Source: an uncultured bacterium
GTDB lineage: Bacteria > Omnitrophota > Gorgyraeia > Duberdicusellales > CBEUCJ01
NCBI GenBank assembly: GCA_965541615.1
Contig: CBEUCJ010000001.1
Span: 3,754-67,753, forward strand
Length of the DNA: 64,000 nucleotides
Direction: 5' to 3'
Numbering within the stretch: position 1 is the first letter of the stretch; each line of letters opens with the position of its first letter. The position numbers were made by a program, and so were the translations under genes. This document shows, piece by piece, positions 1 to 11,567 of this stretch. Below the pieces are notes generated by a model. The model had not been told where the DNA came from and did not search any database. It saw only the letters and a program-made list of their open reading frames with translations.

Positions 1-2452
1 TGATCTGTGCATTTACTTTAAATTCTCTCTTTAATCTATCCACAATTATCTCTAAGTGAAGTTCACCCATTCCGCACAAAAGAGTTTGCTGAGTTTCTGT
101 ATCTATTTCTACTTTGAAAGTAGGATCTTCTTCTAAAAGTTTAGATAAAGCTTTTGCTAATCTATCTTGATCTGCCCTAGAGTTAGGTTTAATGTTTAAA
201 AAAACTACAGGTTCTGGAAATTCCATCTTTTCTAAGATTATGGGGTTTTCAAGATCACACAGAGTATCACCTGTAGAGACTGAATTCAAACCCACAGTAG
301 CAGCTATATCTCCACAGAAAACAGCTTCGATCTGTTCTCTTTGATTAGCATGCATTCTAAATAGTCTCCCAATCCTTTCTTTTTTATTCTTTGTAGCATT
401 TAAAATGTAACTGCCTGCTTTTAATACTCCTGAATAAACTCTAAAATAGATGAGTTTTCCCATATGAGGATCTGCCTGAATTTTAAATGCTAAAGCTGTA
501 AAAGGAGCAGAATCTGAGATTTCTCTTTCTATCTCTTTATTAGGATCTTTAAAATCTATTCCTTTTACAGGAGGAAGGTCCTGTGGAGAAGGCAAAAACC
601 TAACCACTCCATCTAAAAGTTGCTGAACACCTTTATTTTTTAAAGCTGAACCACAAAATACACAAAAAACTTTATTTTCAATTACAGCTTTCCTCAAAAC
701 ACTGATTATTTCCTCTTTTTTTATCTCTTTTTGTGCTAAATATTTTTCTAACAAATTCTCATCTAAACTGGCTACCTTTTCTAACATCTTTTTTCTATTT
801 TCTTGAGCTACTTTTATTAAATCTTGGGGTATCTCTTCTTCAGAAAATTTTTCTCCCAAAGAACTTTCGTCAAATACATAAGCTTTCATTTCTAAAAGAT
901 CTATTACTCCTTTAAAATTTTCTTCTGCACCTAAAGGTATCTGTAATAAGACTAAATTTGCTTTTAAATTTTCTTCTATCTCTTTTACAACTCTAAAAAA
1001 ATCTGCTCCTTTTCTGTCCATCTTATTTATAAATATTAATCTGGGCACTTTGTACCTCTCACATTGATACCATACAGCTTCACTTTGAGCTTCCACTCCT
1101 TCTACAGCTGAAAATACTATTATTGCTCCATCTAAAACTCTTAAAGACCTTCTAACTTCTGCTGTAAAGTCTACGTGACCTGGAGTATCTATTATATTTA
1201 TTTGAGTATCTTTCCAATAGCAGGTAGTAGTAGCTGAGGTAATGGTAATCCCTCTTTCTTTTTCTTGAGGCATCCAATCCATTTGAGCTTTACCTTCATG
1301 GACTTCCCCTATCTTGTGAGAGCGTCCTGTATAATAGAGTATCCTTTCTGTAAGGGTGGTCTTTCCTGCATCTATATGAGCCATTATGCCTATATTCCTT
1401 ATCCTATCTAAGCTGATTTTTCTTTCTAAAAATTCTTCTTTGGGAATTTCTTTTTTCTCCTCTGACCTTTCTGTTTTTTCTTCTACACATGTAAGCTCAG
1501 GTTCCTTATCCTGAACATCTTGAGAGCTTTCAGATAAAGTTTTTTCAGCTACCAATTCTTCAGGTTCTTTAGATTCTGGTAAACTTTCAGACTTTTCTTC
1601 TATAGGTTTTTTATCTGAAATCTCTTCTGAAGATCTCTCTTTGATTAAAACCTCATTTGAGGTTTGAGAAATTTCTTGTGGTGTTTGAGATTCTCTTTCT
1701 ACAAACTCAGATTTCTGTAATTTTTCAATTAATCTTTTGATATCTGTTTCTTTTAATTCCAATTCCCTTTTCTTTAAAGTTAGTTCTACTTTTAATTCTT
1801 CACATTTTTCTTTCAGCTTTTCATTTTCTTCTTTTAACTTGTTATACTCTTCTATAGAGACAAAAGAACTCATCTTCTCTTTTTTTCTAAGTTCATCTAT
1901 TATCTTTAATTTTTGATCTATATCTATTTGATACCTTGAAATCTTAAGTTTTAGATTTTCTATTTCTTCCTTTAATTTTTTGTTCTCATTCTCTAAATCT
2001 TTATTCTGCTCTAAGATTTCTTTCTTTTCTTTATTTAACCTTACATTTTCAGAAAAAACCTTTTCCAATTCTTTTTCCTTCTCTTCAAGAATTCTCTTTA
2101 ACTTAATATTTTGTTCTTTTAAATTCTTAGCTTTGTTTTCTGAAATTTCTATCCATTTCTTCTGTTCTTCTAATTTTGAAAGTGCTTCTTTTTCTGCAGA
2201 TTTTGCTTTTTCAAACTCTTTTTTTAATTCTGTAAATTCATTCTTTGTCTTTTCTAACTCTCTCTTTAAAGAATTCAACTTTATTTCTAATTTAAGTGTT
2301 TCATCTTGCTCATCTTTAATAAAAACTTCTTTTTCTTTTTCCTTTTCTTTTCTTTTTTTCTTTTTAAAGGGTTTAACTTTTGGAGGAGGAAAGAGAGTAA
2401 ATAAGAGTACAGTTATACCTATTGTGATTATAAAATACAAGATAATCCCCAT
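1..2452 (-). CDS. Elongation factor G-like GTPase (C-terminus beyond window) with a ~355-aa in-frame N-terminal extension (TM helix + K/E-rich coiled coil)
   Basis: Minus-strand translation from 1384 downward gives [57 protein letters not shown]...[12 protein letters not shown], the canonical EF-G G-domain. The same frame stays open upstream to ATG at 2452, where an in-frame TAG stop lies at 2524-2522. I verified by hand that codons 2452->2272 and 1500->1382 carry no stop. No separate minus ORF is listed here in the track, consistent with one ORF running off the window edge. The N-term is [21 protein letters not shown], followed by [10 protein letters not shown] and long heptad-like E/K repeats. 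Confidence 0.7.
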   Translation of the reverse strand, partial: MGIILYFIITIGITVLLFTLFPPPKVKPFKKKKRKEKEKEKEVFIKDEQDETLKLEIKLNSLKRELEKTKNEFTELKKEFEKAKSAEKEALSKLEEQKKWIEISENKAKNLKEQNIKLKRILEEKEKELEKVFSENVRLNKEKKEILEQNKDLENENKKLKEEIENLKLKISRYQIDIDQKLKIIDELRKKEKMSSFVSIEEYNKLKEENEKLKEKCEELKVELTLKKRELELKETDIKRLIEKLQKSEFVERESQTPQEISQTSNEVLIKERSSEEISDKKPIEEKSESLPESKEPEELVAEKTLSESSQDVQDKEPELTCVEEKTERSEEKKEIPKEEFLERKISLDRIRNIGIMAHIDAGKTTLTERILYYTGRSHKIGEVHEGKAQMDWMPQEKERGITITSATTTCYWKDTQINIIDTPGHVDFTAEVRRSLRVLDGAIIVFSAVEGVEAQSEAVWYQCERYKVPRLIFINKMDRKGADFFRVVKEIEENLKANLVLLQIPLGAEENFKGVIDLLEMKAYVFDESSLGEKFSEEEIPQDLIKVAQENRKKMLEKVASLDENLLEKYLAQKEIKKEEIISVLRKAVIENKVFCVFCGSALKNKGVQQLLDGVVRFLPSPQDLPPVKGIDFKDPNKEIEREISDSAPFTALAFKIQADPHMGKLIYFRVYSGVLKAGSYILNATKNKKERIGRLFRMHANQREQIEAVFCGDIAATVGLNSVSTGDTLCDLENPIILEKMEFPEPVVFLNIKPNSRADQDRLAKALSKLLEEDPTFKVEIDTETQQTLLCGMGELHLEIIVDRLKREFKVNAQI

Positions 2453-2502
2453 TTTTATATAAAATATACAATAAAACTTATTATTTTTTCCAGAGTAGCA
2501 AA

Positions 2503-3576
2503 TTAAATAGAAAAGTGCGAACTAAAGAGATTAGAGAAATACTTAGAGTCAGGAACGAATCCAAAGACTTCTTTCCATACTAAAGCTGTCTCCATACATA
2601 AATAGATCGGTACATCTTTAAAATACATCTTCAGATTATCTAACATAAATTTGTAAATCTCTCTTCTTATATGTCTAAAGTACCTGTATTTATTATCATT
2701 ACTTAAAATAAACTCCCCATTTAAGATTTTGGTATCAGGGAATCTTTCTTTTATTACTTGAGGAGTGCGAGGAGGAAACCTCAAAGTACCCAAAGAAATC
2801 CATGCTATTTTTTTTGGATAAAATTTTCTTAATCTCTTAATGACCTCAAGATAAATATCTTTGTAATCAGGTGAATAAATAATAGGATCAAAATGAAACC
2901 CTACATACCACCCTTTTTGTTGCAATAGGTAAGCTGATTTCAGTCTCTTGTTCAAAGAGGCTGTATACTTTTCTTCTTCTTTTACTATCTTTTGAGGATT
3001 CAAAGACCAGCTTACAACTATATTTTTTAAAGGTTTTAAATTCAGTAAAGACTTTATATTATCAGATTTTGTCTTTAACTCTAAAATTACAAAAGGAAGT
3101 TTTTTGAAATAAAAATAAAGGATATCTAATTGAGGTAAAATATCTTCTAAAGTTAAAGAATCACAAAATTCACCTGTTCCTATTCTCATAAATTTCTTCC
3201 TTTTACTTAAAAACTGTGCTACTTTTTTAATCTTTTCTTCCAAATTCAGATAAAAACTCGTTGCTCTTATATTCTGATAGATCTGCAAATAACAGTAACT
3301 ACAATCAAAAGGACAACCTACCATGGTATCTAAAACAAAGTAACCACAACTTATACTCCCTTTTGAGCAAGGGCACTTTGAAAGAATCTTTCCTCTTTGA
3401 AGAGTAAGATAAACGTTATTTTTTCCTAAATCTAATCTTTGAGATTTTATATATAAATCTTCTTTAGAATTTAAAATAACTAAAGGTGCTTTTATTTTTT
3501 TACAAATAGAAGAGATTTCTTTTGCATATCTTTTAAAAACTGATTTATCTGTAAAGATTTTTTTTATCTTTATCAT
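2503..3576 (-). CDS. splB: Spore photoproduct lyase-like radical SAM DNA repair protein (SplB family)
   Basis: [12 protein letters not shown] CxxxCxxC motif; length and overall similarity to SP lyase family. Confidence 0.6.
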   Translation of the reverse strand: MIKIKKIFTDKSVFKRYAKEISSICKKIKAPLVILNSKEDLYIKSQRLDLGKNNVYLTLQRGKILSKCPCSKGSISCGYFVLDTMVGCPFDCSYCYLQIYQNIRATSFYLNLEEKIKKVAQFLSKRKKFMRIGTGEFCDSLTLEDILPQLDILYFYFKKLPFVILELKTKSDNIKSLLNLKPLKNIVVSWSLNPQKIVKEEEKYTASLNKRLKSAYLLQQKGWYVGFHFDPIIYSPDYKDIYLEVIKRLRKFYPKKIAWISLGTLRFPPRTPQVIKERFPDTKILNGEFILSNDNKYRYFRHIRREIYKFMLDNLKMYFKDVPIYLCMETALVWKEVFGFVPDSKYFSNLFSSHFSI

Positions 3577-4514
3577 AAAGTCTTAAAAATCTCTGAGAGC
3601 TTTTCTTTATCTATATGAGAGAGGGTATTAACTTTGGTGATGAAATCCTTGATATTTTGAACTTTAAAACTAAATATTAATTCCTTTTCTTCAAAATTCT
3701 GAGGGAACTCTACTTTTATATCTTGGAGCTTAAGATTATTGATTAAATTTTTTACTTTATCTTTTGCTGCAGAATAACGAGGGTAAGCTTTTCTAAAAAG
3801 ATATTCTCTTAAAGTCTGAAATAATTGCTTTGGAGAGGTGTGTTCTTTTTTTAGAAAAGATTGAATCTTTTTTAAGATATCTTTTTGGCTCCTTTTATTT
3901 CTTATCTTAAAATAAAAATCTAATAAATCATTAGCTTTGTTTCTTCCTAAAAAAAGTTTATTAAAAACTTCTAAAAATACTTTTCTTTCAGCTTCATTAA
4001 GTCTTAGTAACCTTAAACAGGTCTCTAAATTTATTCTTTCTTTACAGAGTAGAATTTTAGCTGAGTCTTCTAACTCATGAATGTAGTATATCTTGTTTAA
4101 GTAATGGGGATTAGAAGGTAAATTCAAACTCTGAGAAAAGTTTTCAGCTATCTGAGACCAGCTAAGTTTACAGATCTCTTTTAATCCTTTCAAAACATTT
4201 ATTTTCTCTACCAGATTTAAATCTCTCTTTGCTAAGTTATCTAAGAAACCTAAAATAAAAGCATCTTTATTTGAAATCTTTATTACCAGAGCTTCAAATT
4301 CTTTTATACCCAATTTTTTAAGAACAAAAATCCTCCTTTTACCACAGATTATTTTGAATTTATCTTTTTCTTTCTTCAGAATAGGATAAGATAGTAATCC
4401 CACTTTTTTTATAGACTCATAAAGCTTTTCTTCATATAAAGGATAGCTTATAGTAAAGCTTTCTTCTAAAAGTATCTGTTCTGTTTTTACTTTTAAGATA
4501 CCCATTTTTCTCAA
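3573..4514 (-). CDS. ParB/Srx-like N-terminal domain protein
   Basis: GLLSYPILKK..KFKIICGKRRIFVLKKLG resembles the ParB N-terminal GERRxRAAKxAG box. 4-bp overlaps with both flanking genes. Confidence 0.5.
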   Translation of the reverse strand: MRKMGILKVKTEQILLEESFTISYPLYEEKLYESIKKVGLLSYPILKKEKDKFKIICGKRRIFVLKKLGIKEFEALVIKISNKDAFILGFLDNLAKRDLNLVEKINVLKGLKEICKLSWSQIAENFSQSLNLPSNPHYLNKIYYIHELEDSAKILLCKERINLETCLRLLRLNEAERKVFLEVFNKLFLGRNKANDLLDFYFKIRNKRSQKDILKKIQSFLKKEHTSPKQLFQTLREYLFRKAYPRYSAAKDKVKNLINNLKLQDIKVEFPQNFEEKELIFSFKVQNIKDFITKVNTLSHIDKEKLSEIFKTL

Positions 4515-5023
4515 AGAAAAGTATCTAACAGGCGGGATGTAAATTTTATCTCAGCTTCTACCAATTCCAAGTTATGCTCTAATATTAAGATTAAATGCTC
4601 AGGTAAATTTGATTCTGATTTTCTTTCTTCTAACCATTTTTTTACTCTCTTTAAACCCCTTAATCTTATCTTCAGTCTCCTTTTAGCTAATTCTTTATCT
4701 ACATAAGGGAAAAAGTAAAAAGAAAGATCCACATTTATAAAAGGCCTCTGAATCAATAAAAAATTATCATTCAAGAGTTTATAGAATCTTCTTTTCCCTT
4801 TAGGAGTAATAGAATAAACATACTTTTCAGGTCTCTTTCCTTCTTTTACTATTTTTTTAGTCACCAAACCTTTCAGTTCCAACATTTTTAGAGGATAGTA
4901 AATGGAATTTGTATCTATGGAAGCAAAGACTCCTTTTATTCTTTCTATAGATTTTTTAATTTGATAACCATGTTTTGGGCCATCCATTAATAAACCTAAA
5001 AGCACTAACTCTTGATGTAACAT
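4511..5023 (-). CDS. PadR family transcriptional regulator
   Basis: N-terminal winged HTH LLGLLMDGPKHGYQIKKSIE...YYPLKMLELKGLV typical of PadR. Confidence 0.65.
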   Translation of the reverse strand: MLHQELVLLGLLMDGPKHGYQIKKSIERIKGVFASIDTNSIYYPLKMLELKGLVTKKIVKEGKRPEKYVYSITPKGKRRFYKLLNDNFLLIQRPFINVDLSFYFFPYVDKELAKRRLKIRLRGLKRVKKWLEERKSESNLPEHLILILEHNLELVEAEIKFTSRLLDTFL

Positions 5024-5026
5024 CTT

Positions 5027-5977
5027 TTAATCCTCTTCTTTAAATACACCTATTTTTCTATACTTTTTGTATCTCTGATCAATGAGTGTTTCTATATCCA
5101 TTTTCAATAACTCTGAAAGATTTCTTAAAAGAGCTTCTTTTAAATTGTTAGCTGCAGTTTGAGGATCACGATGAGCTCCTCCTAAGGGTTCAGGTATTAT
5201 CTCATCTATTATACCTAACTCTAATAACTCTTGAGCTGTTAACTTTAAAGCTTTAGCTGCTAACTCTGCTTGAGAAGAATCTCTCCATAGTATTGAAGCG
5301 CAACCTTCAGGAGAAATAACTGAATAATAAGCATTCTCTAACATTAAAATCCTATCACCTACACCTATTCCCAAAGCACCACCTGAACCTCCTTCACCTA
5401 TTACACATACCAAAATTTGAGTCTTTAAAGAACTCATAGCTCTCAGATTTTCAGCAATAGCTAAAGCTTGACCTCTTTCTTCAGCTCCTATTCCAGGATA
5501 AGCTCCTGGAGTGTCAATAAAACTCACAACAGGCAGTTTAAATTTCTCTGCTAACTTCATACACCTTAAAGCTTTTCTATAACCTTCAGGATGAGCACAT
5601 CCAAAGTTTCTATACAAATTTTCTTTAGTATCATGTCCTTTTTGATGTCCAATAAGCATTACTTTATAACTATCTATCTTACAGAATCCACATACAATAG
5701 CTTTATCATCTCTGAATAACCTATCTCCATGTAATTCTATAAAATCAGAAGTTATCATTCTTACATAATCTAAGGTAAGAGGTCTCTGAGGGTGTCTTGC
5801 TATCTGAACTTTTTGCCAGGGTGTTAAGTTTCCATAGATTTCTTTTTTTAAGTTCTCTAATTTTTGAGTCAAAGACTCAATAGTTAAAGATAAATCTACC
5901 TTTTTTTCCTCTTGGAATCTTTTTAACTCTTTTATCTTATCTTCTAATTCTATTATTGGTCTCTCAAAATCTAACAT
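5027..5977 (-). CDS. accA: Acetyl-CoA carboxylase carboxyltransferase subunit alpha
   Basis: [11 protein letters not shown]...[15 protein letters not shown]...[17 protein letters not shown], AccA signature regions. Confidence 0.9.
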   Translation of the reverse strand: MLDFERPIIELEDKIKELKRFQEEKKVDLSLTIESLTQKLENLKKEIYGNLTPWQKVQIARHPQRPLTLDYVRMITSDFIELHGDRLFRDDKAIVCGFCKIDSYKVMLIGHQKGHDTKENLYRNFGCAHPEGYRKALRCMKLAEKFKLPVVSFIDTPGAYPGIGAEERGQALAIAENLRAMSSLKTQILVCVIGEGGSGGALGIGVGDRILMLENAYYSVISPEGCASILWRDSSQAELAAKALKLTAQELLELGIIDEIIPEPLGGAHRDPQTAANNLKEALLRNLSELLKMDIETLIDQRYKKYRKIGVFKEED

Positions 5978-5979
5978 CT

Positions 5980-6804
5980 TTAATCTATTATCTTTACAGA
6001 TGTGCCTACAGGAAGGAGAATGTAAAGTTCCTCAATATCTTTATTGTGCATTCTTATGCATCCTTGAGTAACGTGTTTGCCTATACTTTTAGGATCATTT
6101 GTACCATGGATTCCATAACCTGAAATATTTAATCCTAACCAATAGTCTCCTAATATGTTTTGAGGTGCTCCATAAGGAATCTCTTTTCCATCTTTAAACC
6201 AAGTAGGGTGCTTTATTCTATTTATTATTTTAAACTCACCTGTAGGAGTGTGATTATTTTTACCAGTAGATACTCTGTAAGTCTTTATTATTTTATCATC
6301 TGTTTTTAGAAATAAGAGATTTTGAGATTTATCTATTACTACATAGAACTTTGCTTTGCAGACTTTTAACTTTTGACCTACTCTTATAAGATCTGATTTT
6401 AAGTCATTTGCTACTTTTATGTAATCTATGGTAGTGTTAAATTTTTTGGCTATCTTTTCTAAGGTATCTCCTGGCTTTACTATATAAAAAGTGCTAAACT
6501 CATCTGGATTTTTAGAAAATAAAAGTTTGATGTTTAAATCTTCTATCTTCTTTTTAGCTATCCTCAAAAGATTTACATCTTGAGGAAACTGAGACATTAT
6601 TCTAAGATAAATTTTTTTTGCTTCTTCAAATCTCTTTTCTTTTTCTAAATTTTTGGCTAATTCTAACATCTGCATAGAAATTTCATTTTTTTTAGAAAAG
6701 GAGCTCTCTTCTTCCTTATTTAACTTATTTAAAAATGAAAAATAAGAGATAAATCCTATACAAAAGATTAAAACTACCCACAGAATAAGCCTCTTCATTT
6801 TCAA
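5980..6804 (-). CDS. LysM domain-containing L,D-transpeptidase (YkuD-like)
   Basis: N-terminal TM; Lys[23 protein letters not shown]; catalytic HGTN...GCIRMHN motif of the L,D-transpeptidase domain. Confidence 0.75.
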   Translation of the reverse strand: MKMKRLILWVVLIFCIGFISYFSFLNKLNKEEESSFSKKNEISMQMLELAKNLEKEKRFEEAKKIYLRIMSQFPQDVNLLRIAKKKIEDLNIKLLFSKNPDEFSTFYIVKPGDTLEKIAKKFNTTIDYIKVANDLKSDLIRVGQKLKVCKAKFYVVIDKSQNLLFLKTDDKIIKTYRVSTGKNNHTPTGEFKIINRIKHPTWFKDGKEIPYGAPQNILGDYWLGLNISGYGIHGTNDPKSIGKHVTQGCIRMHNKDIEELYILLPVGTSVKIID

Positions 6805-7280
6805 CCTCCAATAATTATTCCTATTAAAACCCCTAAAAAAGCACCAGCTATTACCTCTAAAGGAGTATGACCCAAAAATTCTCTTATCTTGTTATCTGCT
6901 ATTTTTTTGCCTTGATAAAGATCCTCTAAAATTTTATTCAAAATCTCAGCCTGCTCACCAACACTCCTTCTCATAGTTTGAGCATCGAACATTACAACCA
7001 AAGCAAAAACACAAGCTAATCCAAATAAAGGATTATTAAAACCTGCATTTAAACCAACTGATGTTGCTAAAGCTGTTACTCCTGCAGAATGTGCTGAAGG
7101 CATACCTCCTGTTTCAATTAGCCATTTAAAATCAAACTTTCTTTCCTTTAAAACTCCACAAAAAACTTTTATAATTTGAGCTGTAGCCCAACCTAAAAAA
7201 GCTGAGATCAAAAATTTATTTTTAAAAATTTCTGAAAAATTCTCCATAATGACTCTTAAAAACTCTGAGTTTGAATTCAA
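6801..7280 (-). CDS. DUF212 / divergent PAP2 (acid phosphatase/vanadium haloperoxidase-related) membrane protein
   Basis: GMPSAHSAGVTALATSVGL...VVMFDAQTMRRSVGEQAE conserved DUF212 core. Confidence 0.65.
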   Translation of the reverse strand: MNSNSEFLRVIMENFSEIFKNKFLISAFLGWATAQIIKVFCGVLKERKFDFKWLIETGGMPSAHSAGVTALATSVGLNAGFNNPLFGLACVFALVVMFDAQTMRRSVGEQAEILNKILEDLYQGKKIADNKIREFLGHTPLEVIAGAFLGVLIGIIIGG

Positions 7281-7325
7281 AAAGAAATTATAGTATAATC
7301 ACTCCAAAAAGCAAGCAATTAAAAT

Positions 7326-8858
7326 ATGCTTACAAAATTAAATAGTTTTTCAATCATAGGTATTAATGCTTTAAATGTTGAAGTCCAAGTAGATGTCTCA
7401 AAAGGTCTACCTCAGACTTTGATCGTAGGTTTAGCAGATTCTGTAGTCAAAGAAAGTAAAGAAAGAATAAAGGTAGCTATAAAAAACAGTGGATTTAAAT
7501 ACCCTTTAGGAAGGGTCACAATAAATCTTTATCCTGCAGATACAAAAAAAGAAGGTACTCAATTAGACCTTCCGATAGCTTTAGGGATTTTGGCTTCCTC
7601 TAATCAATTAAACCCTAACTTATTAAAAGACTTTGTATTCTTAGGTGAATTAGCTTTAGATGGCAGTTTAAAAAAAACTAAAGGTATCTTAATCTCAGCT
7701 TTGGAAGCTAAAGCTAAAGGATTTAAAAATCTCATAATCCCAAAAGAAAATCTAAATGAAGCTGCATTTTTAGAAGATGTAAATGTATGGGGAGCTGAGT
7801 CTTTAAATCAAGTAATATTTATTTTACAAAATTTAGAACTATTTCCTCCATCTAAAAAATCAGCCAAAGAATTTTTAGAAGTTAACTCTAACTATCTTTA
7901 TGACTTTTCAGAAGTAAAAGGACAGTTCCAAGCAAAAAGAGCAATAGAAGTAGCAGTAGCAGGTTTCCATAATATATTAATGATTGGACCACCTGGCTCT
8001 GGAAAGAGTATGCTTGCAAAAAGGATCCCTACTATTATGCCTAAGATGGAGTTAGAAGAAATATTAGAAACTTCTAAAATCTATTCTGCTTTAGGACTGC
8101 TTCCAGCTGATAAACCTTTAATAACTCAAAGACCTTTTAGAAATCCTCATCATACAGCTTCTGAAGTAGCTTTGATTGGAGGAGGTAATCCTCCTACACC
8201 TGGTGAAATAAGTTTAGCTCATAATGGAGTGCTATTCTTAGATGAATTACCTGAATTTCACAGGGATGTTTTAGAATCTTTAAGACAACCTTTAGAAGAT
8301 GGATTTGTAAACATCTCAAGAGCTAAATCCTTTTTTAGATTTCCTGCAAAGGTAATGTTGGTAGCAGCTATGAATCCTTGTCCATGTGGATATTACACTC
8401 ATCCTAAAAGGACTTGCAGGTGTTCTTCTTCTAAGATAACCAAATACTTATCTAAAATCTCTGGTCCTTTATTAGATAGAATAGATATACACATACAAAT
8501 ACCACCTGTAGAATTAAAAGACTTAGATACAAATCTGCCTCAAGAAGATTCTGAAACCATAAGAAAAAGAGTTGAAAGAGTAAGAAAGATTCAAAAAGAA
8601 AGATTTAAATCAGAAAATATCTTTTTCAATTCTCAAATGTCACCCAAACACATAAAAAAATTTTGCATAATGCAAGAGGAGGCAAAAGAATTATTAAAAA
8701 AGGCTATGAATGAATTGAAACTTTCTTTAAGAGCTTATGAAAAAATATTAAAGTTAGCTAGAACCATAGCAGATTTTGAAGAAAAAAGATTAATAGAACC
8801 CCATCATATAGCTGAAGCTATCCAGTATAGAGTCTTAGATAGAGAATTCTTTAGATGA
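7326..8858 (+). CDS. comM: YifB/ComM family Mg-chelatase-like AAA+ ATPase
   Basis: N-terminal Lon-like domain, Walker A GPPGSGKSM, typical 510-aa length. Confidence 0.85.
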   Translation: MLTKLNSFSIIGINALNVEVQVDVSKGLPQTLIVGLADSVVKESKERIKVAIKNSGFKYPLGRVTINLYPADTKKEGTQLDLPIALGILASSNQLNPNLLKDFVFLGELALDGSLKKTKGILISALEAKAKGFKNLIIPKENLNEAAFLEDVNVWGAESLNQVIFILQNLELFPPSKKSAKEFLEVNSNYLYDFSEVKGQFQAKRAIEVAVAGFHNILMIGPPGSGKSMLAKRIPTIMPKMELEEILETSKIYSALGLLPADKPLITQRPFRNPHHTASEVALIGGGNPPTPGEISLAHNGVLFLDELPEFHRDVLESLRQPLEDGFVNISRAKSFFRFPAKVMLVAAMNPCPCGYYTHPKRTCRCSSSKITKYLSKISGPLLDRIDIHIQIPPVELKDLDTNLPQEDSETIRKRVERVRKIQKERFKSENIFFNSQMSPKHIKKFCIMQEEAKELLKKAMNELKLSLRAYEKILKLARTIADFEEKRLIEPHHIAEAIQYRVLDREFFR

Positions 8859-9592
8859 AAATATATATAGGTACTTCAGGGTATAATTATTCTCATTGGA
8901 GAGAAGTTTTTTACCCTAAAGATTTACCTCAAAATAAATGGCTCTGGTTTTACTCTCAACATTTTAACTGTGTAGAGTTAAATGTAACTTTTTATAGATT
9001 GCCTTCAAAAAAGACTTTTCAAAGTTGGTATAAAAAGACTCCTAAAGATTTTAAATTCGTAGTTAAAGCTTGGAAACAGATCACTCACATAAAAAGACTC
9101 AAAAATACTTTAGAATACTTAAAGATTTTTTTTGAAAATGTTAAAGAACTAAAAGAAAAATTAACCTGCATCTTATGGCAGATGCCTCCTTCTTTAAAAA
9201 AAGATACCCAACTCTTAAAAGATTTTCTAAAAGAATTATTCAAAATAAGAATTGCTAAGAAAATATTCCATTCAATTGAATTTAGACATAAAAGTTGGTT
9301 TGTAGAAGAGGTTTATAAAGTTTTAAAAGAGTATAACGTAAATTTATGTATAGCTCATTCTCAAAAATGGCCTTTTATCAAAGTCTTAACTTCAAATTTT
9401 TTGTATTTAAGATTCCATGGAGGAAAAATTTTATATGGTAGTGAATACTCTTTAGAAGAATTATCAGAATTTAAAAAGATAGTAAAGGAATTTGAAAAAG
9501 ATATAGAAGTCTTATTCAGTTTTTTTAATAACGATGCTTATGGGTTTGCTGTAAAGAATGCTCTTCAATTTAGAAGACTTTTAGAAAAATGA
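8855..9592 (+). CDS. DUF72 (YecE-like) protein
   Basis: MKIYIGTSGYNYSHWREVFYP... matches the DUF72 N-terminus. 4-bp overlaps with neighbours. Confidence 0.7.
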   Translation: MKIYIGTSGYNYSHWREVFYPKDLPQNKWLWFYSQHFNCVELNVTFYRLPSKKTFQSWYKKTPKDFKFVVKAWKQITHIKRLKNTLEYLKIFFENVKELKEKLTCILWQMPPSLKKDTQLLKDFLKELFKIRIAKKIFHSIEFRHKSWFVEEVYKVLKEYNVNLCIAHSQKWPFIKVLTSNFLYLRFHGGKILYGSEYSLEELSEFKKIVKEFEKDIEVLFSFFNNDAYGFAVKNALQFRRLLEK

Positions 9593-11550
9593 AAAAATAC
9601 ATCTTACATAAAGAATCTGGTCTTTTATCAAAAGTAGATTATGAAAAAGAATTGAATGAACAACAATTAAAAGTAGTTTTAGAAGGAGATGGTGCTTGTT
9701 TGGTCTTAGCAGGTGCAGGAACTGGTAAAACAAGAACTCTGGTTTACAGAACAGCTTTTTTAATTGAAAAAGGGATCCCTTTGAAAAATATATTTTTAGC
9801 TACATTTACCAATAAAGCTGCTAGGGAGATGGTAAAGAGAATAGAAATTCTATTAAAAGCAGATTTAGAAAATCTATGGGCAGGAACTTTCCATCATTTA
9901 GCTAATTTAATCTTAAGAAAAGAAGCCAAAAAAATAGGATTTAATGAGAGTTTTACGATTTTAGATAGAGAAGATTCAAAGGAGATCTTATCTGAATGTA
10001 TAGAAGAATTAAAACTAAATAAAAAAGAAAAGATGTTTCCTAAAACTCAAGTAATCCAGAAGATCTTTAATTTATCTATTAATAGTTTAGAAAGCATTGA
10101 AAATATAGTAAAAGAAAACTTTGATTACCTCTTAGATTTTGTAGAAGAGTTTAGAGTCCTCTTTAAATATTTTAAAAGAAAAAAGAAAAACTCAAACTTA
10201 ATGGATTTTGATGATCTTTTATTTTATCTCTATGAGATTTTAAAAGATGATTCTGTTAGGAAAAAATATGCTTCAAAATTTCTTTATATCTTAGTAGATG
10301 AATTTCAAGATACTAACAAAATTCAATTTGAGATATTAAAAGCTCTCTCTGAGATACATAAAAACATTTTGGTAGTAGGAGATGACTGCCAATCTATTTA
10401 CTCTTTTAGAGGAGCTTACATTAAAAATATCTTAGATTTTCCTAAAGTCTTTAAAAATTGTAAAATTTTTAAATTAGAGATAAACTATAGATCTACTCCT
10501 CAGATATTAAACTTAGCGAATAACATAATTATCCATAACAAAAATCAATTTCATAAGTTTTTAAGTGCTACAAAAAAAGATGGAATAAAACCAATCATAG
10601 TCTGTTGTAGAGACATATGGCAACAGGCAAAATTCGTTACTCAAAGAATAATGGAGTTAGTTGAAACTGGCATCCCTCTAAATGAGATAGCTGTACTTTT
10701 TAGATCGAGATTTCAATCTGCAGAATTAGAATTAGAACTTTTAAAAAAACAGATACCTTATGTGGTAAGAGGTGGTTTAAGATTTTTTGAACAAGCTCAT
10801 ATAAAAGATGTCTTATCTTATCTAAAACTGATTTTAAATCCCAGAGATGAACTCTCTTTTAAAAGAGCTTTAAAACTCCATGAAGGAATAGGTACAGCTT
10901 TCTCTCAAAAAATCTGGAAAAAGTTCTCAGAATTAAATTATGACTTTTTAAAAATTTTTAAAGAGAAGATACCTTTGAATAAAAATGCTGAATTAGGATG
11001 GCAAGATTTTAAAAGATTGATCTCTAAATTAATGAATATAAGTTCTCCTTATAAAATGATAAAAGAAATCCTTGATAGTTTTTATAGAGATTACTGTTAC
11101 TTAGCTTTTGAAGATCCTAAAGAAAGGATTTTAGACTTAGAACAGTTAATGAGGATAGCTGAAAACTATGAATCTTTAAAAAAATTTATCAGTGATTTAA
11201 GTCTCTTTGAAGAATTCAAAGGAGAAATAGTTAGAGGTGCTTTTACTGAAGAGACACTTATATTAACTACTATCCATCAAGCAAAAGGCTTAGAATGGGA
11301 GGTAGTCTTTATTATAGGGTGTGTCGATGGACAATTTCCTCATCCTGAAAGTTTTGAATCTAAAACTAAATTAGAAGAAGAAAGAAGACTATTTTATGTA
11401 GCTGTGACCAGAAGTAAATCTCAGCTTTATATTACTTATCCAACTATAAGATATGATTTTAGATCAGGAGCTATCCTCACCAAAAGATCACAGTTTATTG
11501 AAGAGCTCAAAAAAGATCTATTTGAAGAGTGGGAAATAGAAGAAGTTTAA
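9589..11550 (+). CDS. UvrD/PcrA/Rep family ATP-dependent DNA helicase
   Basis: LVLAGAGTGKTRTLVYRTAFLI Walker A, DEFQDTN motif II, characteristic C-terminal helicase motifs. Confidence 0.85.
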   Translation: MKKYILHKESGLLSKVDYEKELNEQQLKVVLEGDGACLVLAGAGTGKTRTLVYRTAFLIEKGIPLKNIFLATFTNKAAREMVKRIEILLKADLENLWAGTFHHLANLILRKEAKKIGFNESFTILDREDSKEILSECIEELKLNKKEKMFPKTQVIQKIFNLSINSLESIENIVKENFDYLLDFVEEFRVLFKYFKRKKKNSNLMDFDDLLFYLYEILKDDSVRKKYASKFLYILVDEFQDTNKIQFEILKALSEIHKNILVVGDDCQSIYSFRGAYIKNILDFPKVFKNCKIFKLEINYRSTPQILNLANNIIIHNKNQFHKFLSATKKDGIKPIIVCCRDIWQQAKFVTQRIMELVETGIPLNEIAVLFRSRFQSAELELELLKKQIPYVVRGGLRFFEQAHIKDVLSYLKLILNPRDELSFKRALKLHEGIGTAFSQKIWKKFSELNYDFLKIFKEKIPLNKNAELGWQDFKRLISKLMNISSPYKMIKEILDSFYRDYCYLAFEDPKERILDLEQLMRIAENYESLKKFISDLSLFEEFKGEIVRGAFTEETLILTTIHQAKGLEWEVVFIIGCVDGQFPHPESFESKTKLEEERRLFYVAVTRSKSQLYITYPTIRYDFRSGAILTKRSQFIEELKKDLFEEWEIEEV

Positions 11551-11567
11551 TTTTTTAAATTAAAGAA

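Noticed and set aside
733-915. 60-aa + strand ORF
   Set aside because: Low-complexity antisense frame inside the EF-G coding region. No RBS or motif.
1980-2462. 160-aa + strand ORF (Ser/Phe-rich)
   Set aside because: Antisense to the K/E-rich coiled-coil coding region. AAG/GAA repeats on one strand give TTC/CTT-rich open frames on the other. Compositional artefact.
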